Part shown: positions 9,687 through 18,825 of the stretch, in pieces
Layout: the number at the start of each line of letters is the position of its first letter
Numbering within the stretch: position 1 is the stretch's first letter
Assembly: GCA_040390065.1 (NCBI GenBank)
Contig: JAZJZE010000005.1
Location: 385,521-449,520 of the forward strand
Origin: a bacterium
GTDB lineage: Archaea; Thermoplasmatota; E2; JACPAO01; JAHFTW01
Length of the DNA: 64,000 nt
Reading direction: 5' to 3'
The notes under the pieces: generated by a model
Told to the model about the DNA's origin: nothing
Databases searched by the model: none
The model's input: only the letters and a program-made list of their open reading frames with translations
Program-made: the position numbers and the translations under genes

Positions 9687-9922
9687 GCCCGGCGAAGGGG
9701 AGCAACGAGCCGTACCACGTTTGTGCGGACAGCCTGGAGGCGTTCGCGTCTGCAAGCACGCGGTTCGCGACGCTGGGCGATTGGACGCAAGGCGAGCAAG
9801 GGCACCGTCGTGGTGGCGGGCCAGTCCCAAGGGCGTCGCACCCGCCCGTGCCGAAAGACCCCGTCGGCAAAACGCCTCGCGCGGTGAAAGTCTAAAGCGG
9901 AACGAATGGGTCGTCGCCCCGC

Positions 9923-10390
9923 GTGACGCGAAGCCTGGAACTCTCGGTCGAATATCCGCACCCCGTCGAGAAGGTCTGGCGCGCCCTCACCGAGCCGGAG
10001 CAATTGGGTCTGTGGCTCATGAACTTCGACAACGACCCGGGAGAGATGAAGACGGATTTCCGTCCCGTCGTGGGGACCGCCTATCGTCTCGAAGCCAGGA
10101 AAGGAAGAGGCTGGCGCGGCTACGTCGCGGGCGACGTCCTCGAGGTCGTCCCGAAGAAGCGCCTCGTCTACACCTGGGCTCACAGCACGTACCAGGATGC
10201 GCACCCCGTGCGCGTCGAGTTCACGCTCGAACCTACCTCGACGGGCACCCGCATCTGCATGGTGCAAAGCGGCTTCGTGGGCGTGAAGGGCTGGTTCTCG
10301 CGCAAGGGTCTCCAGATGGGATGGAAGAAGATGCTCAAGTCTGGCCTACCTCCCGTGTTGGACGGAACGGCGCCCCCCATCGCGCCGTGA
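9923..10390 (+). CDS. SRPBCC/AHSA1 domain protein
   Basis: YPHPVEKVWRALT.P..L..WLM, RLVYTW, VEFTLEP...GT, GW. Confidence 0.85.
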   Translation: MTRSLELSVEYPHPVEKVWRALTEPEQLGLWLMNFDNDPGEMKTDFRPVVGTAYRLEARKGRGWRGYVAGDVLEVVPKKRLVYTWAHSTYQDAHPVRVEFTLEPTSTGTRICMVQSGFVGVKGWFSRKGLQMGWKKMLKSGLPPVLDGTAPPIAP

Positions 10391-10417
10391 GTGCCGGCGT
10401 CCAACCTAGGGTCCGTC

Positions 10418-11290
10418 CTATTTCGTGCCCGCCACGAGGATGAGCTCGCAGGGCCCCACGAATCCTTCGTTGGTCTCGAACTGGCGCAGCGCCATGCCAA
10501 TCTCAGCCCACGCCGCCTCTTGGTCCGCCGCGCTGAGCGTGGCCATCATCTGATGCAGGGCGCCAAACGATTCGCGGGCGAAGCGAAGGCAATCGGCAGC
10601 GGTCGGCAAGCACAGCGGAGCCTGCAACCACAGGGTCTGGACGTCGCGGAAGCCCGCCTCCTTCACCGCATTCTCAAGGACACCGCTCGCGCCGAGGCTG
10701 AACGGACCGGGCTGGCCGGGAAGTGGAGGCGGCGTCCTCGCGCGCCGACGGACGATGCCGATAGGCACCGAGAAGAAACCGTTGTTCTCCGGAGTCGAGT
10801 AGACGATGGCTGCGAAGCGACCTCCGGGCTTCAGGACGCGCAAGAAGCCGCGCAGCGCCCGCGGCAGCTCGGGGAAGAACATCAGGCCCAGACGGCAGAT
10901 GACGGCATCGAAGCTGGCCTCCGGGTGTTCGAGGTTCTCTGCATCCGCCGTTTGCGTGGCGACGTTGCGGAACCCGGCGTCCAGCGCGCCATGGGCCGCG
11001 AATTCGAGGATACGCGGCGAGATGTCGGTCGCCAGAACCTTGCCGGTGGGCCCGACGCGACGCGCGGCGGCCAGCGTCTGTTCCCCCGCGCCGGCGGCCA
11101 CGTCGAGGACGGCACCCCCTGGACGCAGGCCCGCCATGTCGAGCATCTGCTGCGTTGCCGGACCCAACCAGGTGTGCAGCGTCGGGCCCCACCGGGACCA
11201 CGGCTCGGCGGCCTTTTCCCATTGCGTCTTGGTCGTGGCCTTGTACGTCTCGGCGTCGAACGCGGTCGTCGGCGTTTCTTGATGCGTCAT
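10418..11290 (-). CDS. Class I SAM-dependent methyltransferase (UbiE-like)
   Basis: VLDVAAGAGE motif I, ATDIS, FDAVICRLGLMFFP, RVLKPGGR; start ATG 11290. Confidence 0.88.
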   Translation of the reverse strand: MTHQETPTTAFDAETYKATTKTQWEKAAEPWSRWGPTLHTWLGPATQQMLDMAGLRPGGAVLDVAAGAGEQTLAAARRVGPTGKVLATDISPRILEFAAHGALDAGFRNVATQTADAENLEHPEASFDAVICRLGLMFFPELPRALRGFLRVLKPGGRFAAIVYSTPENNGFFSVPIGIVRRRARTPPPLPGQPGPFSLGASGVLENAVKEAGFRDVQTLWLQAPLCLPTAADCLRFARESFGALHQMMATLSAADQEAAWAEIGMALRQFETNEGFVGPCELILVAGTK

Positions 11291-11424
11291 GGGCTGGCCT
11301 CTTGCGGATCGACGCATGCCGTGCTCTTGGCGCGCGTCAACCCGATGGCCATGTGCCGACGTCGTAGATAGGCCTGCTCCCCGGCGTTGGTGGCTTGCCG
11401 GAGCGATGCTCGGCCAGATCATGG

Positions 11425-11868
11425 TCAGGCGAGCTCCTGGGCCAGCCCGACCAGAACGCCTTCGGGCCCGCGGATGTAACAGAGCCTGTACGCGTCTTCA
11501 TACTGGACAATCTCACCTACGAGTTGCGCGCCGCGTTTTCGAAGCCGCGCAACCGTCTTGTCGATGTCGTCGACGGTGAACATGACGCGAAGGTAGCCAA
11601 GGGCGTTCACGGGCGCCTTGCGGTGATCGGCGACGACAGGCGGCGCAAGAAATCGTGAGAGCTCGAGCCGGCCGTGACCATCCGGCGTCGCAAGCATCGC
11701 AATCTCGACGCGTTGACCGTGCAGCCCGGTGACGCGCCCCGCCCATTCTCCTTCGATCGTGGCCCGACCTTCGAGCCTCAGCCCAAGCTCGGTGAAGAAG
11801 GGGATGGCATCATCGAGGGACTCGACCACGATGCCAACGTTGTCCATTCGCTTGACGCCCATTGGCAT
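11425..11868 (-). CDS. VOC/glyoxalase family protein
   Basis: RMDNVGIVV..L..AI.FF.ELG, GRLELSRF, YRLCYIRGPEG. Confidence 0.88.
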   Translation of the reverse strand: MPMGVKRMDNVGIVVESLDDAIPFFTELGLRLEGRATIEGEWAGRVTGLHGQRVEIAMLATPDGHGRLELSRFLAPPVVADHRKAPVNALGYLRVMFTVDDIDKTVARLRKRGAQLVGEIVQYEDAYRLCYIRGPEGVLVGLAQELA

Positions 11869-11958
11869 GCCAAGGCTTGGCGTGCCTTAATCGCTGGCCA
11901 GGCGAGCGGGAGGAAGAAGGCGAAGAGGGCCTGAATCTTGGGACGCAAGACCGGGGGT

Positions 11959-12786
11959 TCACTCGGCGGTGACGAAGTGCAGCGCCATGCGGTGGCCTTC
12001 GCGTTCCACGGGCACGAGGATGACCTGGGTCTTGGCGGTCTTGCCGTCCTTGCGGCGCCACGTGACGGGGATCTGCCGGGCAGCTCCCTGCTCGACAGCG
12101 TTCTGGTACGCAGACACCAGCGTCGCCTGGCTCTTCGGGTCCACGAAGGCGCGGGTGAACGAGTCCTCGATGGCCGTCCACTCGGCCGCCGTTGCGTATC
12201 CGAGCAGTTTGGCGAAGCGGTCGTTGCACCACTTGGTGCGGTCATCCAGGTAGACGTACATCGCTTGCGACGACGTGTCCCCGAGGCCTTGCAGGTCCGA
12301 CACCAGCAAGTCCAGGCCGGCCGTGTGGACGTCCGCGCCTCGGCCGCCGGAACCGGCCGCCGCGTCCGGCGTCGTGGCGTAGTGGCTGGCCCCGAACCAG
12401 TCCACCACGACCGCGGGCTCGTTGCCGACGACCCAGGCGTCATGCCCCTTCGGAAGGCAGGTCACGTCACCGGGCCCTGCGACGAACTCGCGCCCGTCAT
12501 CCGTGCGGATGCCGAGTCGGCCGGAGACGTGGTACTGGAAGTGCGGCGCCTCGCAGCTGGCCGTCCGGGCGATGGGCTTGACGTCGTTGGACCAGCGCCA
12601 GCCCGGCTGGAACACCAGGCGGCCGACTTCGCCTTGGCCCATCTTCAGGATTTCGGCGTGGCCCTTCGGGAATTCCCGACGTTCATCGGGCTTCGCAAAG
12701 CTTCCCTGTTCGGTCTGCTGCACCCGGGACATCGGCTGCGGGCTGTTCTTGGCTTGCTTGGTCTGTGTGGTGGTTTGGGTTGCCAT
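11959..12786 (-). CDS. Cupin domain fused to a C-terminal PAS-like domain
   Basis: N-half: PGWRWS..VKP...T.SC..PH..Y..SG...GHDAWVVG (cupin). C-half: CNDRFAKLLGY.T..E...FVDP......W.RKDG (PAS/PAC-like). Confidence 0.72.
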   Translation of the reverse strand: MATQTTTQTKQAKNSPQPMSRVQQTEQGSFAKPDERREFPKGHAEILKMGQGEVGRLVFQPGWRWSNDVKPIARTASCEAPHFQYHVSGRLGIRTDDGREFVAGPGDVTCLPKGHDAWVVGNEPAVVVDWFGASHYATTPDAAAGSGGRGADVHTAGLDLLVSDLQGLGDTSSQAMYVYLDDRTKWCNDRFAKLLGYATAAEWTAIEDSFTRAFVDPKSQATLVSAYQNAVEQGAARQIPVTWRRKDGKTAKTQVILVPVEREGHRMALHFVTAE

Positions 12787-12895
12787 GTGGGCTCACCGCA
12801 TGGCCATTGGGCGGTCGGTCAAGGGCCTGCTGGCGCCGGGTGGCCGATTTCGCGACACTCCAACCCGCCCGATGTCTGGATTCGCAAGTCGTGCC

Positions 12896-13864
12896 CTAGA
12901 TCTTGGACAACGCCACCGGTTCCGGCTCGTCGCGGGCGACCTGCGCGGCCCGCTGGATCTCCTCCGTGAGCCACGCCTCGTTGCTGAAGGATTGCGCTGA
13001 CAGGAGGGCGTCAGCGTCCGCCACGTCGGGAATCGCCCGCAGGCGGTCAAGCGTATCCTGCATTTGGCCCGGAGAGCGGAAGACCAGGCCCATGACCAGG
13101 TTCGCAACACGCCGGTCGGGCGGCGCCCAGCAGAAGGCCCACTGGGAATCGAATTCCTCGTGAAGGCGCTGCGTGACGCCCGCGGGGGCCACGTCCTTGA
13201 AGCGGATGCCCACGTTCGCCAGAAGTTGCCCCGGCACGTTGCCCTGGTCGAGCCGCACGACTGTGTCGATCATGCCCTCGGCCCACATTCGCTCATAGCG
13301 GCGGCTGACCGTACGTCCACTGACGCCAAGTTCGGCCGCGACATCGGCCAGCGGTCGCGTCGCCCGTCCCCGCAAGGCATGGATGATCCGCCAATCGAGT
13401 CGCGTGGGCTGCCGCGCCACGGGGTTGGAGGGGTATGCGGCGTATCTCGAATGTCCGGTCGCACCCAGGACCCGCGTGACCAGTTGTACGCGGCGCTCGA
13501 GCGCATCGGGGCTCTTCTCAAACAAGTCGACGCGGATGGCGGGACCCAAGTAGCGCTCGACGACGCCGACGCCGTCGACGGCGCGCAGGTCCGACATGCT
13601 CTGCGCCGTGGCGGGCCGCGGCAAGTGGAAGAGGAAGCCCACGCAGACGTAGCCGAGCAAACTGAAGTTCGGGTAGATTTCGTAGCCTGCGATGACGCCG
13701 TCCTTCTCCATGCGGCGGATGCGCGCCTTGGCCGCCTCGCCGCTAAGGCCCAGCGCCGCTGCCGCGTAGGACGCCTTCAGGTGGTCGCCATCGCGCGGCC
13801 AATCGGCGAAGGGCTGCACGCCCATGAGGCGTAGGATGCGCAGGTCCTTGGCGTCCAACGGCAA
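12896..13864 (-). CDS. Lrp/AsnC family regulator with two HTH modules
   Basis: LDAKDLRILRLM...ARIRRMEKDGVI and TRLDWRIIHAL...VAAELGVS.RTV.RR; start approximate (TTG). Confidence 0.8.
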   Translation of the reverse strand: MPLDAKDLRILRLMGVQPFADWPRDGDHLKASYAAAALGLSGEAAKARIRRMEKDGVIAGYEIYPNFSLLGYVCVGFLFHLPRPATAQSMSDLRAVDGVGVVERYLGPAIRVDLFEKSPDALERRVQLVTRVLGATGHSRYAAYPSNPVARQPTRLDWRIIHALRGRATRPLADVAAELGVSGRTVSRRYERMWAEGMIDTVVRLDQGNVPGQLLANVGIRFKDVAPAGVTQRLHEEFDSQWAFCWAPPDRRVANLVMGLVFRSPGQMQDTLDRLRAIPDVADADALLSAQSFSNEAWLTEEIQRAAQVARDEPEPVALSKI

Positions 13865-13900
13865 CGGCAGGCACCCGCCTCGTCTTGAGGATTCGCCACC

Positions 13901-13906
13901 CTTAAA
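13901..13906. promoter_or_regulatory. Putative TATA box between divergent genes
   Basis: CTTAAA lies 26-31 nt before ATG 13932 and reads TTTAAG on the minus strand toward the Lrp gene. Confidence 0.4.
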
Positions 13907-13931
13907 GGGCCTCGACCTTGATGGCGGAGCC

Positions 13932-14057
13932 ATGAAGCCGCCGCAGGCCGCCAAGGCCTTCCGCTACCGTTGCCCCGACTGCGGATCGACGAAGGAGTTC
14001 GCCACGAAGCCGGCGTTGCCCCCGACGTGTTGCGGCAACGCGATGCAAACGATGTGA
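13932..14057 (+). CDS. Small zinc-finger microprotein (41 aa)
   Basis: MKPPQAAKAFRYRCPDCGSTKEFATKPALPPTCCGNAMQTM, with CPxCG and CCG.M motifs; TATA-like box upstream. Confidence 0.6.
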   Translation: MKPPQAAKAFRYRCPDCGSTKEFATKPALPPTCCGNAMQTM

Positions 14058-14078
14058 ACACGACGCGGTGACATCACA

Positions 14079-14462
14079 ATGTCCCCCGAACGCAAAGCGA
14101 TGAACGAGGCGTCGACTGCCCGCGTCTTTGCGATTCGCATGGCGGGGCTGTACCCCGTCTACATCAACAAGGTGGAACGCAAAGGACGCACGAAGGCGGA
14201 GCTCGACCAAGTCATCCGCTGGCTGACCGGCTACACCCAGAAGGGCCTCGAATCGCACGTGGCGAAAGGGACGGACCTGCAGACGTTTCTCGCCAAGGCC
14301 CCGAAGATGAATCCCGCGCGCAAGCTCATCACGGGTGTGGTCTGCGGCGTGCGCGTCGAGAACATCAAGGACCCGACGATGCAATCCATCCGCTACCTCG
14401 ACAAGCTGGTGGACGAGTTGGCGAAGGGAAAAAAGCTCGAATCCATCCTGCGCACCCCATGA
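14079..14462 (+). CDS. DUF2200 family protein
   Basis: YP.YI.KVERKGRTK.E.D.VI.WLTGY, ITGVVCGVRVE, IRYLDKLVDELAKGK. Confidence 0.88.
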   Translation: MSPERKAMNEASTARVFAIRMAGLYPVYINKVERKGRTKAELDQVIRWLTGYTQKGLESHVAKGTDLQTFLAKAPKMNPARKLITGVVCGVRVENIKDPTMQSIRYLDKLVDELAKGKKLESILRTP

Positions 14463-14533
14463 CGTTGCGCCCCTGCCCCCGCAGCTTCCAGCGGCTGCCT
14501 ACGGAGACGTAGAAGAGCACAGGAGACCTCTGC

Positions 14534-15448
14534 ATGACTGTGCCCGGACGGTTGACCGCGAAAGACACGGGGCTCCTCGTCCTCGTCGCCGTGGCCTGGG
14601 GTTTGAACTTCGTCCCGATCCGCTGGGCCCTCAACGACCTGCCCCCCTTCATGCTCGCCGCCGTCCGCTTCTTCCTGGCCGCGGTGCCCCTCATGTTCTT
14701 CGTCAAGCGCCCGAACCTGCCATGGCGCTACGTTGTCGGCTACGGTCTCGCCATCGGTGCGGGGCAATTCGGCTTGCTGTTCTTGGCCATCCGCCTGGGC
14801 TTTCCCGCCGGCCTGGCATCCCTCCTGATCCAGGTGCAGGTCTTCTTCACCATCTTCCTGTCGGCGGTGTTTGCACGGGACCGGCCGCGCCTGCGGCACC
14901 TCGTGGGCGCGTGCATCGCCGCCCTCGGCATCGTCGCGTTGGTCGCCCAACGGCTCAAGAGTGGCGGCGGAGGCAGCGGCCTCGGACTCCTCGTCGTCCT
15001 GGCGTCCGCCATCTCGTGGGCCGTCGGCAACGTGACATCCAAGGTGGCCGGCCAGCGCTACGCCTTCGACATGTTCGCACTCGTCGTCTGGTCAAGCCTC
15101 GCGGCACCGCTGCCGCTCTTGGCGATGTCGTACGGGTTCGAAGGCGGCTTCAACGCGTGGCACGCATTGGCATCCGCCAGTCCTCTCACGTGGGGCAGCG
15201 TCTTCTTCATCACGTACGCCGGCACCATCTTCGGATACGCCGTCTGGAACCGCATGCTGTTGCGGCATTCCGCGGGACAAGTGACGCCCTTTGCGCTGCT
15301 CGTCCCCATCGTGGGCTTGGCGAGCGCCGCCGCCTTCCTCGGCGAACCCCTCGAGCTCGTGCAAGCCCTTGCGGCCGCAGTCGTGCTGGCTGGCCTGGCG
15401 GTTGCCGTACTAGGTCGGCGCGGCACGCGCACGCCGGTGCCGACGTAG
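14534..15448 (+). CDS. EamA/DMT family transporter
   Basis: About 10 TM; WGLNFV, PPFMLAAVRF, GLASLLIQ.QV.FT, V.PFALLVP. Confidence 0.9.
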   Translation: MTVPGRLTAKDTGLLVLVAVAWGLNFVPIRWALNDLPPFMLAAVRFFLAAVPLMFFVKRPNLPWRYVVGYGLAIGAGQFGLLFLAIRLGFPAGLASLLIQVQVFFTIFLSAVFARDRPRLRHLVGACIAALGIVALVAQRLKSGGGGSGLGLLVVLASAISWAVGNVTSKVAGQRYAFDMFALVVWSSLAAPLPLLAMSYGFEGGFNAWHALASASPLTWGSVFFITYAGTIFGYAVWNRMLLRHSAGQVTPFALLVPIVGLASAAAFLGEPLELVQALAAAVVLAGLAVAVLGRRGTRTPVPT

Positions 15449-15477
15449 TGGACCTCACGGCCCGGTCGCAGTGCGGC

Positions 15478-16092
15478 CTAGGTGGGGGGCCGCACGAAGC
15501 CGAACATCTTCCCTGCAGCGGACTTGCGCACGAGGTTTGCCAGGCGTTTGCGGAACTCCAGGGAACCGTGTCGCCGGCCGGCCTCCACGTACGCCACACG
15601 CAGCCGCCGATACTCCTCCGAGAACGAGCTGAAATTGCGCCATGCGGCTTCGTCGGCGCGCAAGGCCTCCTCGACATCTTGCTGCAGCTCCAGCGGCTCC
15701 TCAGGATCACTCGGGTCGAACCTGCCTTCGACCGCGGCCAGGCCGGCTGCCCGCATGCGCCCAGTCTTCACGAGTTTGCGCAAGCGCTGCCGGTTGGCCT
15801 CCGACACGCTGCTTCCCGCCCGGCGCGGGCTGAAACGCTGAGCCGTTCGTGCAGCGTCGACGGCCTTGACGGTACTGTCAATCCAGCCAAAGCAGAGCGC
15901 CTCCTCCACGGCGTCATCGTACGCAATCCGCGCACGGCCCGAAGACTTGCGCCAATACACGAGCCAGATTCCAGTCGCCTTGGCGTGATTCCGGCGCCGC
16001 CAGGAGCGCCAGGTGCTGCGATCGGCGCCGACGTCCAGGAGAGGGGATGGTGCACGCGCCCGGGGGGACGCCGTGGCCCGCTTGTCCGGCAT
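15478..16092 (-). CDS. YdeI/OmpD-associated (bacteriocin protection) family protein
   Basis: AVEEALCFGWIDS, RFSPRR..S..S..N, GRM..AGL. Confidence 0.85.
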   Translation of the reverse strand: MPDKRATASPRARAPSPLLDVGADRSTWRSWRRRNHAKATGIWLVYWRKSSGRARIAYDDAVEEALCFGWIDSTVKAVDAARTAQRFSPRRAGSSVSEANRQRLRKLVKTGRMRAAGLAAVEGRFDPSDPEEPLELQQDVEEALRADEAAWRNFSSFSEEYRRLRVAYVEAGRRHGSLEFRKRLANLVRKSAAGKMFGFVRPPT

Positions 16093-16229
16093 CGCTCCGG
16101 CATGACCGTATCGCCTGAAAGGCAGTTCGTCTTCGCTCTTGCCAAACGAGGGTTGACCCCCGGCCCGACGCATGTTCCTACGTTGCCTGGCTCGCGCCAC
16201 GGCCCGCTGGCAGTCTTGCTCAACGAACT

Positions 16230-16278
16230 TTGTAGTGGGTCCGGTACCGGATGGCTACAACACGGCTACAACACGAAG
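16230..16278. repeat. Palindrome plus tandem repeat at the left island junction
   Basis: TTGTAG(16230-35)...TCCGGTACCGGA(16240-51)...CTACAA(16255-60); GGCTACAACAC twice (16253-16274). Confidence 0.55.
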
Positions 16279-16369
16279 GCCGAGGGGGGCCCTTGGGGCA
16301 AGGCTTCAGAAGAAGCGGATTGTCTTAGGGAAAATGCCGTACGCTGAAGCCAAGGCATCAGAGGCGGCT

Positions 16370-17209
16370 TCAACACGGCTTGGGGACGCCGGCCATCTGA
16401 GACATGGCGCGACCTAGCGCCGGCCCCCAGAGAATCAAGTTACTGCCTACGCCAGCGCCCCGAACACTTGGGTACTGGAAGCCCGATATGCCTAGCGTCT
16501 CAAGAAGGAAGCGAACCACGTGGCTTGGGCGGTAGATTGTTTCGTCCTGGTTAGCGTCCTGCTCGGCTACGAAGAGGATGGCGTTGAGGTGCGGATGCGT
16601 CGCCTCGGCGTTTCGAGGAAGTTCCAGGAAACGTAGTTCAGACAGGTCCAGCTCGAACGCCTGCATGTAGACCACGTCGGTGGCAGACGCGCGCATCTCG
16701 GCTCGAGCGACGGCCACCGTTTCCGCAAGGTAGAGGCATGGCTCCTTTCGTCCGTTGTATCGGCCTTCGCCGGTCGGCTTCGGGTTGGGCCCGTAGTGCG
16801 AGGGGTCTTCCGCTAAAGGCGGAAGCAAGCCGGCTCGAGCGCGAACATACCTCCCAGTCCACGTTTGCGTCACCAGGGATTTCGCTTCGTCCAGAATCTG
16901 CTTCCCAACGGGCTCTGCCACCAGGGCACCAACCTGCGGGGGCCACACATCAGCGCAGGCTGTGTCCAGGAAACCTCGAACGGCGTAATAGGCCGGCGGC
17001 GTCTTGGTGTTGATGACGGTCGCCAGTCGCTGCGTCCCGGCATGGGTCGCCACGCCAACAACGCTGTCCACCATGGTTTCGATTCCCATGCTGAACGTAA
17101 CGGCGAGATCGCTCTTCATGCAATCCATGCATGCATGCGGGCCCTTCGGAACGTAGTTCGTTGAATCACCGACCACCCTTCCGCAGTGACGGCAAGTAAC
17201 GGCAGACAT
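16370..17209 (-). CDS. RES domain protein (putative NAD+-targeting toxin) with N-terminal Zn-finger
   Basis: CRHC...CMDC; GRYN....PCLYLAE....A.AE (R, E) and GFQYPSVR...NLILW (S). Confidence 0.8.
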   Translation of the reverse strand: MSAVTCRHCGRVVGDSTNYVPKGPHACMDCMKSDLAVTFSMGIETMVDSVVGVATHAGTQRLATVINTKTPPAYYAVRGFLDTACADVWPPQVGALVAEPVGKQILDEAKSLVTQTWTGRYVRARAGLLPPLAEDPSHYGPNPKPTGEGRYNGRKEPCLYLAETVAVARAEMRASATDVVYMQAFELDLSELRFLELPRNAEATHPHLNAILFVAEQDANQDETIYRPSHVVRFLLETLGISGFQYPSVRGAGVGSNLILWGPALGRAMSQMAGVPKPC

Positions 17210-17212
17210 CTG

Positions 17213-17782
17213 CTAGAATCCCGCCCGCAACAACTCGCCCGGCAAATCAACCACATTGCGGACCTCGAAGCCCCACTTGTCCTGAATCTCTTTGGCGTAG
17301 TGCACGAAATGGCCGTCCTTGCTGTAGACGTAGACCTCGCGGCCATTCCCCACGAGCTTGCCGGCTTGGATCATGATGATGCGATCTCCCGGGTCTGGCA
17401 TGCTAGATTTGGGCTTGCCCCCGGCATCGGGGAGCTTCTTTCCGACTAATCGGAAGTAGTCCTCCGCGTCCTGTTCGTCAGCAGGCGTAACCACGGGATC
17501 CTCCTCCTTGGCAAGCTTCAGCGCCACTTCGAGGTCGGCTTGGACCTTGCGCACCAATCGGTTGAGTTTGTCGTAGCCATGGCCAGCGAGTCGTGTCGGC
17601 GCCTCCCGCTGAACGACGGCGCGGCTCTCGGCACGAATAATGGGAAAGGCAACGAGAACGCCATCCTTGTTGTCGACCATCTGGGCCAGGCGCGAGATAT
17701 CAATGGCCTCAAAACTGCCATCGCCCCGCGAACCCCGCTCCTTGAACGCATGGGCCACGAATGCGCTGCTTTCGGGAATCAC
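17213..17782 (-). CDS. PIN-domain-like ribonuclease
   Basis: N-terminal IPESSAFV, E at RAES, PDPGDRII, VYSKDGHF match the acidic PIN pattern; start overlaps the upstream stop (TAGTG). Confidence 0.6.
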   Translation of the reverse strand: MIPESSAFVAHAFKERGSRGDGSFEAIDISRLAQMVDNKDGVLVAFPIIRAESRAVVQREAPTRLAGHGYDKLNRLVRKVQADLEVALKLAKEEDPVVTPADEQDAEDYFRLVGKKLPDAGGKPKSSMPDPGDRIIMIQAGKLVGNGREVYVYSKDGHFVHYAKEIQDKWGFEVRNVVDLPGELLRAGF

Positions 17783-18693
17783 TACGAGAGTTCCGGGGGT
17801 TGGGATGCAGCCACCCCCTGGATGATTGCGTCCAAATCGTCGTCCGTCGGAACGGAGGCGTACCCGTAGACAGTTGCGAGTTCCTCGAGGGCCGAGAGCC
17901 GGAGGTCCAATTCTCGTTCGAGCTCTTTGGCTCCCGTCTTGGAGTCACCGAGAGCATCCTTTGCTCCGACCACGGTAGCGACTTGTTCGCAATTCCAGAC
18001 GAGGAAGTGTTTGCCGGCGTCCGCGTTGCCATCCTCGTGAACGGCCTGGCGAACGCCTAGGAGGCACTGGTTGCCGAAGTCGAGGGCCGCGGCAGCAGAG
18101 AGGCTCACCTTCTCGCGCATGTTCCACTTACTGGCGGCCGTGAGCTTGACTTCGAAATCTTTGCGGAGCGTTTCGTAGTGATCTCGAAACTCGCTTGGAT
18201 CGTCCAGGGCCAAGATTTCGTGGCTGTACTTCGCTAGCTGACTGCCTGAGCGATTGAAGCGGTGGTTGATTGGCGCGGTCGCGAGAATTGCGCTGAATTC
18301 CTTAGCCTTGGGATGCCGTTCCAAGGTCGGCAATACCACGCGATGCAGGTAGTCGGATCCCTTGGGAGTAGGCGCAAACAGGACTTGGTCCGAGAGGCCA
18401 TTCGGCATCTTCACTTTCTCAATCCGGAGAATTCCTGCGCCCTCTCCTTTGCGGGCCCGGCGCTCGACCTCCATAGTGGCCGGCCCCATCTGGAGAAGCG
18501 TGAATTTGTACGGAATCGGGAACCCTTCCATCTGAAGAAGGGCAAGAACCTTCGTCGTTTTGACGATGCCTTCGGCCGTGTTTGTGGGATTGAGAGAGGC
18601 GGCGAGGAGTGTTTCCCACCCTGGCTCAAGCTTGGAAAGGTCCCCCGGCTCTGGGCGGCCAGCGTCAACCATTGAGTTGGCCATGGAGTCCAT
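17782..18693 (-). CDS. Putative antitoxin (Panacea/SocA-like winged-helix N-domain) with helical C-terminus
   Basis: TKVLALL...YKF....MGP...V...TPKG resembles the K.L.L...Y.F...YGP...T.KG pattern; start uncertain. Confidence 0.45.
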   Translation of the reverse strand: MDSMANSMVDAGRPEPGDLSKLEPGWETLLAASLNPTNTAEGIVKTTKVLALLQMEGFPIPYKFTLLQMGPATMEVERRARKGEGAGILRIEKVKMPNGLSDQVLFAPTPKGSDYLHRVVLPTLERHPKAKEFSAILATAPINHRFNRSGSQLAKYSHEILALDDPSEFRDHYETLRKDFEVKLTAASKWNMREKVSLSAAAALDFGNQCLLGVRQAVHEDGNADAGKHFLVWNCEQVATVVGAKDALGDSKTGAKELERELDLRLSALEELATVYGYASVPTDDDLDAIIQGVAASQPPELS

Positions 18694-18825
18694 GTGAAGT
18701 GAAGGCCTATAAGAGCGTTGATACGAGTTGGGTGAAAGTGAATAGGCAGGACTCAATAGTAGAAGTTTTGGTCACCTTGTAATATAAGAAGGCAGCCATA
18801 TTCGAACTGCGAGTCCTCGAATGAC

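Noticed and set aside
9687-9712. CCCGGCGAAGGGGAGCAAC, reminiscent of SRP RNA helix 8
   Set aside because: It lacks the GNRA tetraloop geometry and the upstream CAGG, and the surrounding gap shows no SRP-like long helix.
16232-16252. Minus-strand ATCCGGTACCGGACCCACTA resembling a tRNA 3' end (att site)
   Set aside because: Spacing is off by 2 nt, there is no TTCRA loop, and no matching tRNA or direct repeat was found at the other island end.
14335-16347. 670-aa plus-strand ORF and other long Arg/Pro/Gly-rich ORFs (e.g. 4301..5797, 50637..52178, 59122..60834)
   Set aside because: These are shadow frames of well-supported genes in high-GC DNA, with no recognisable motifs.
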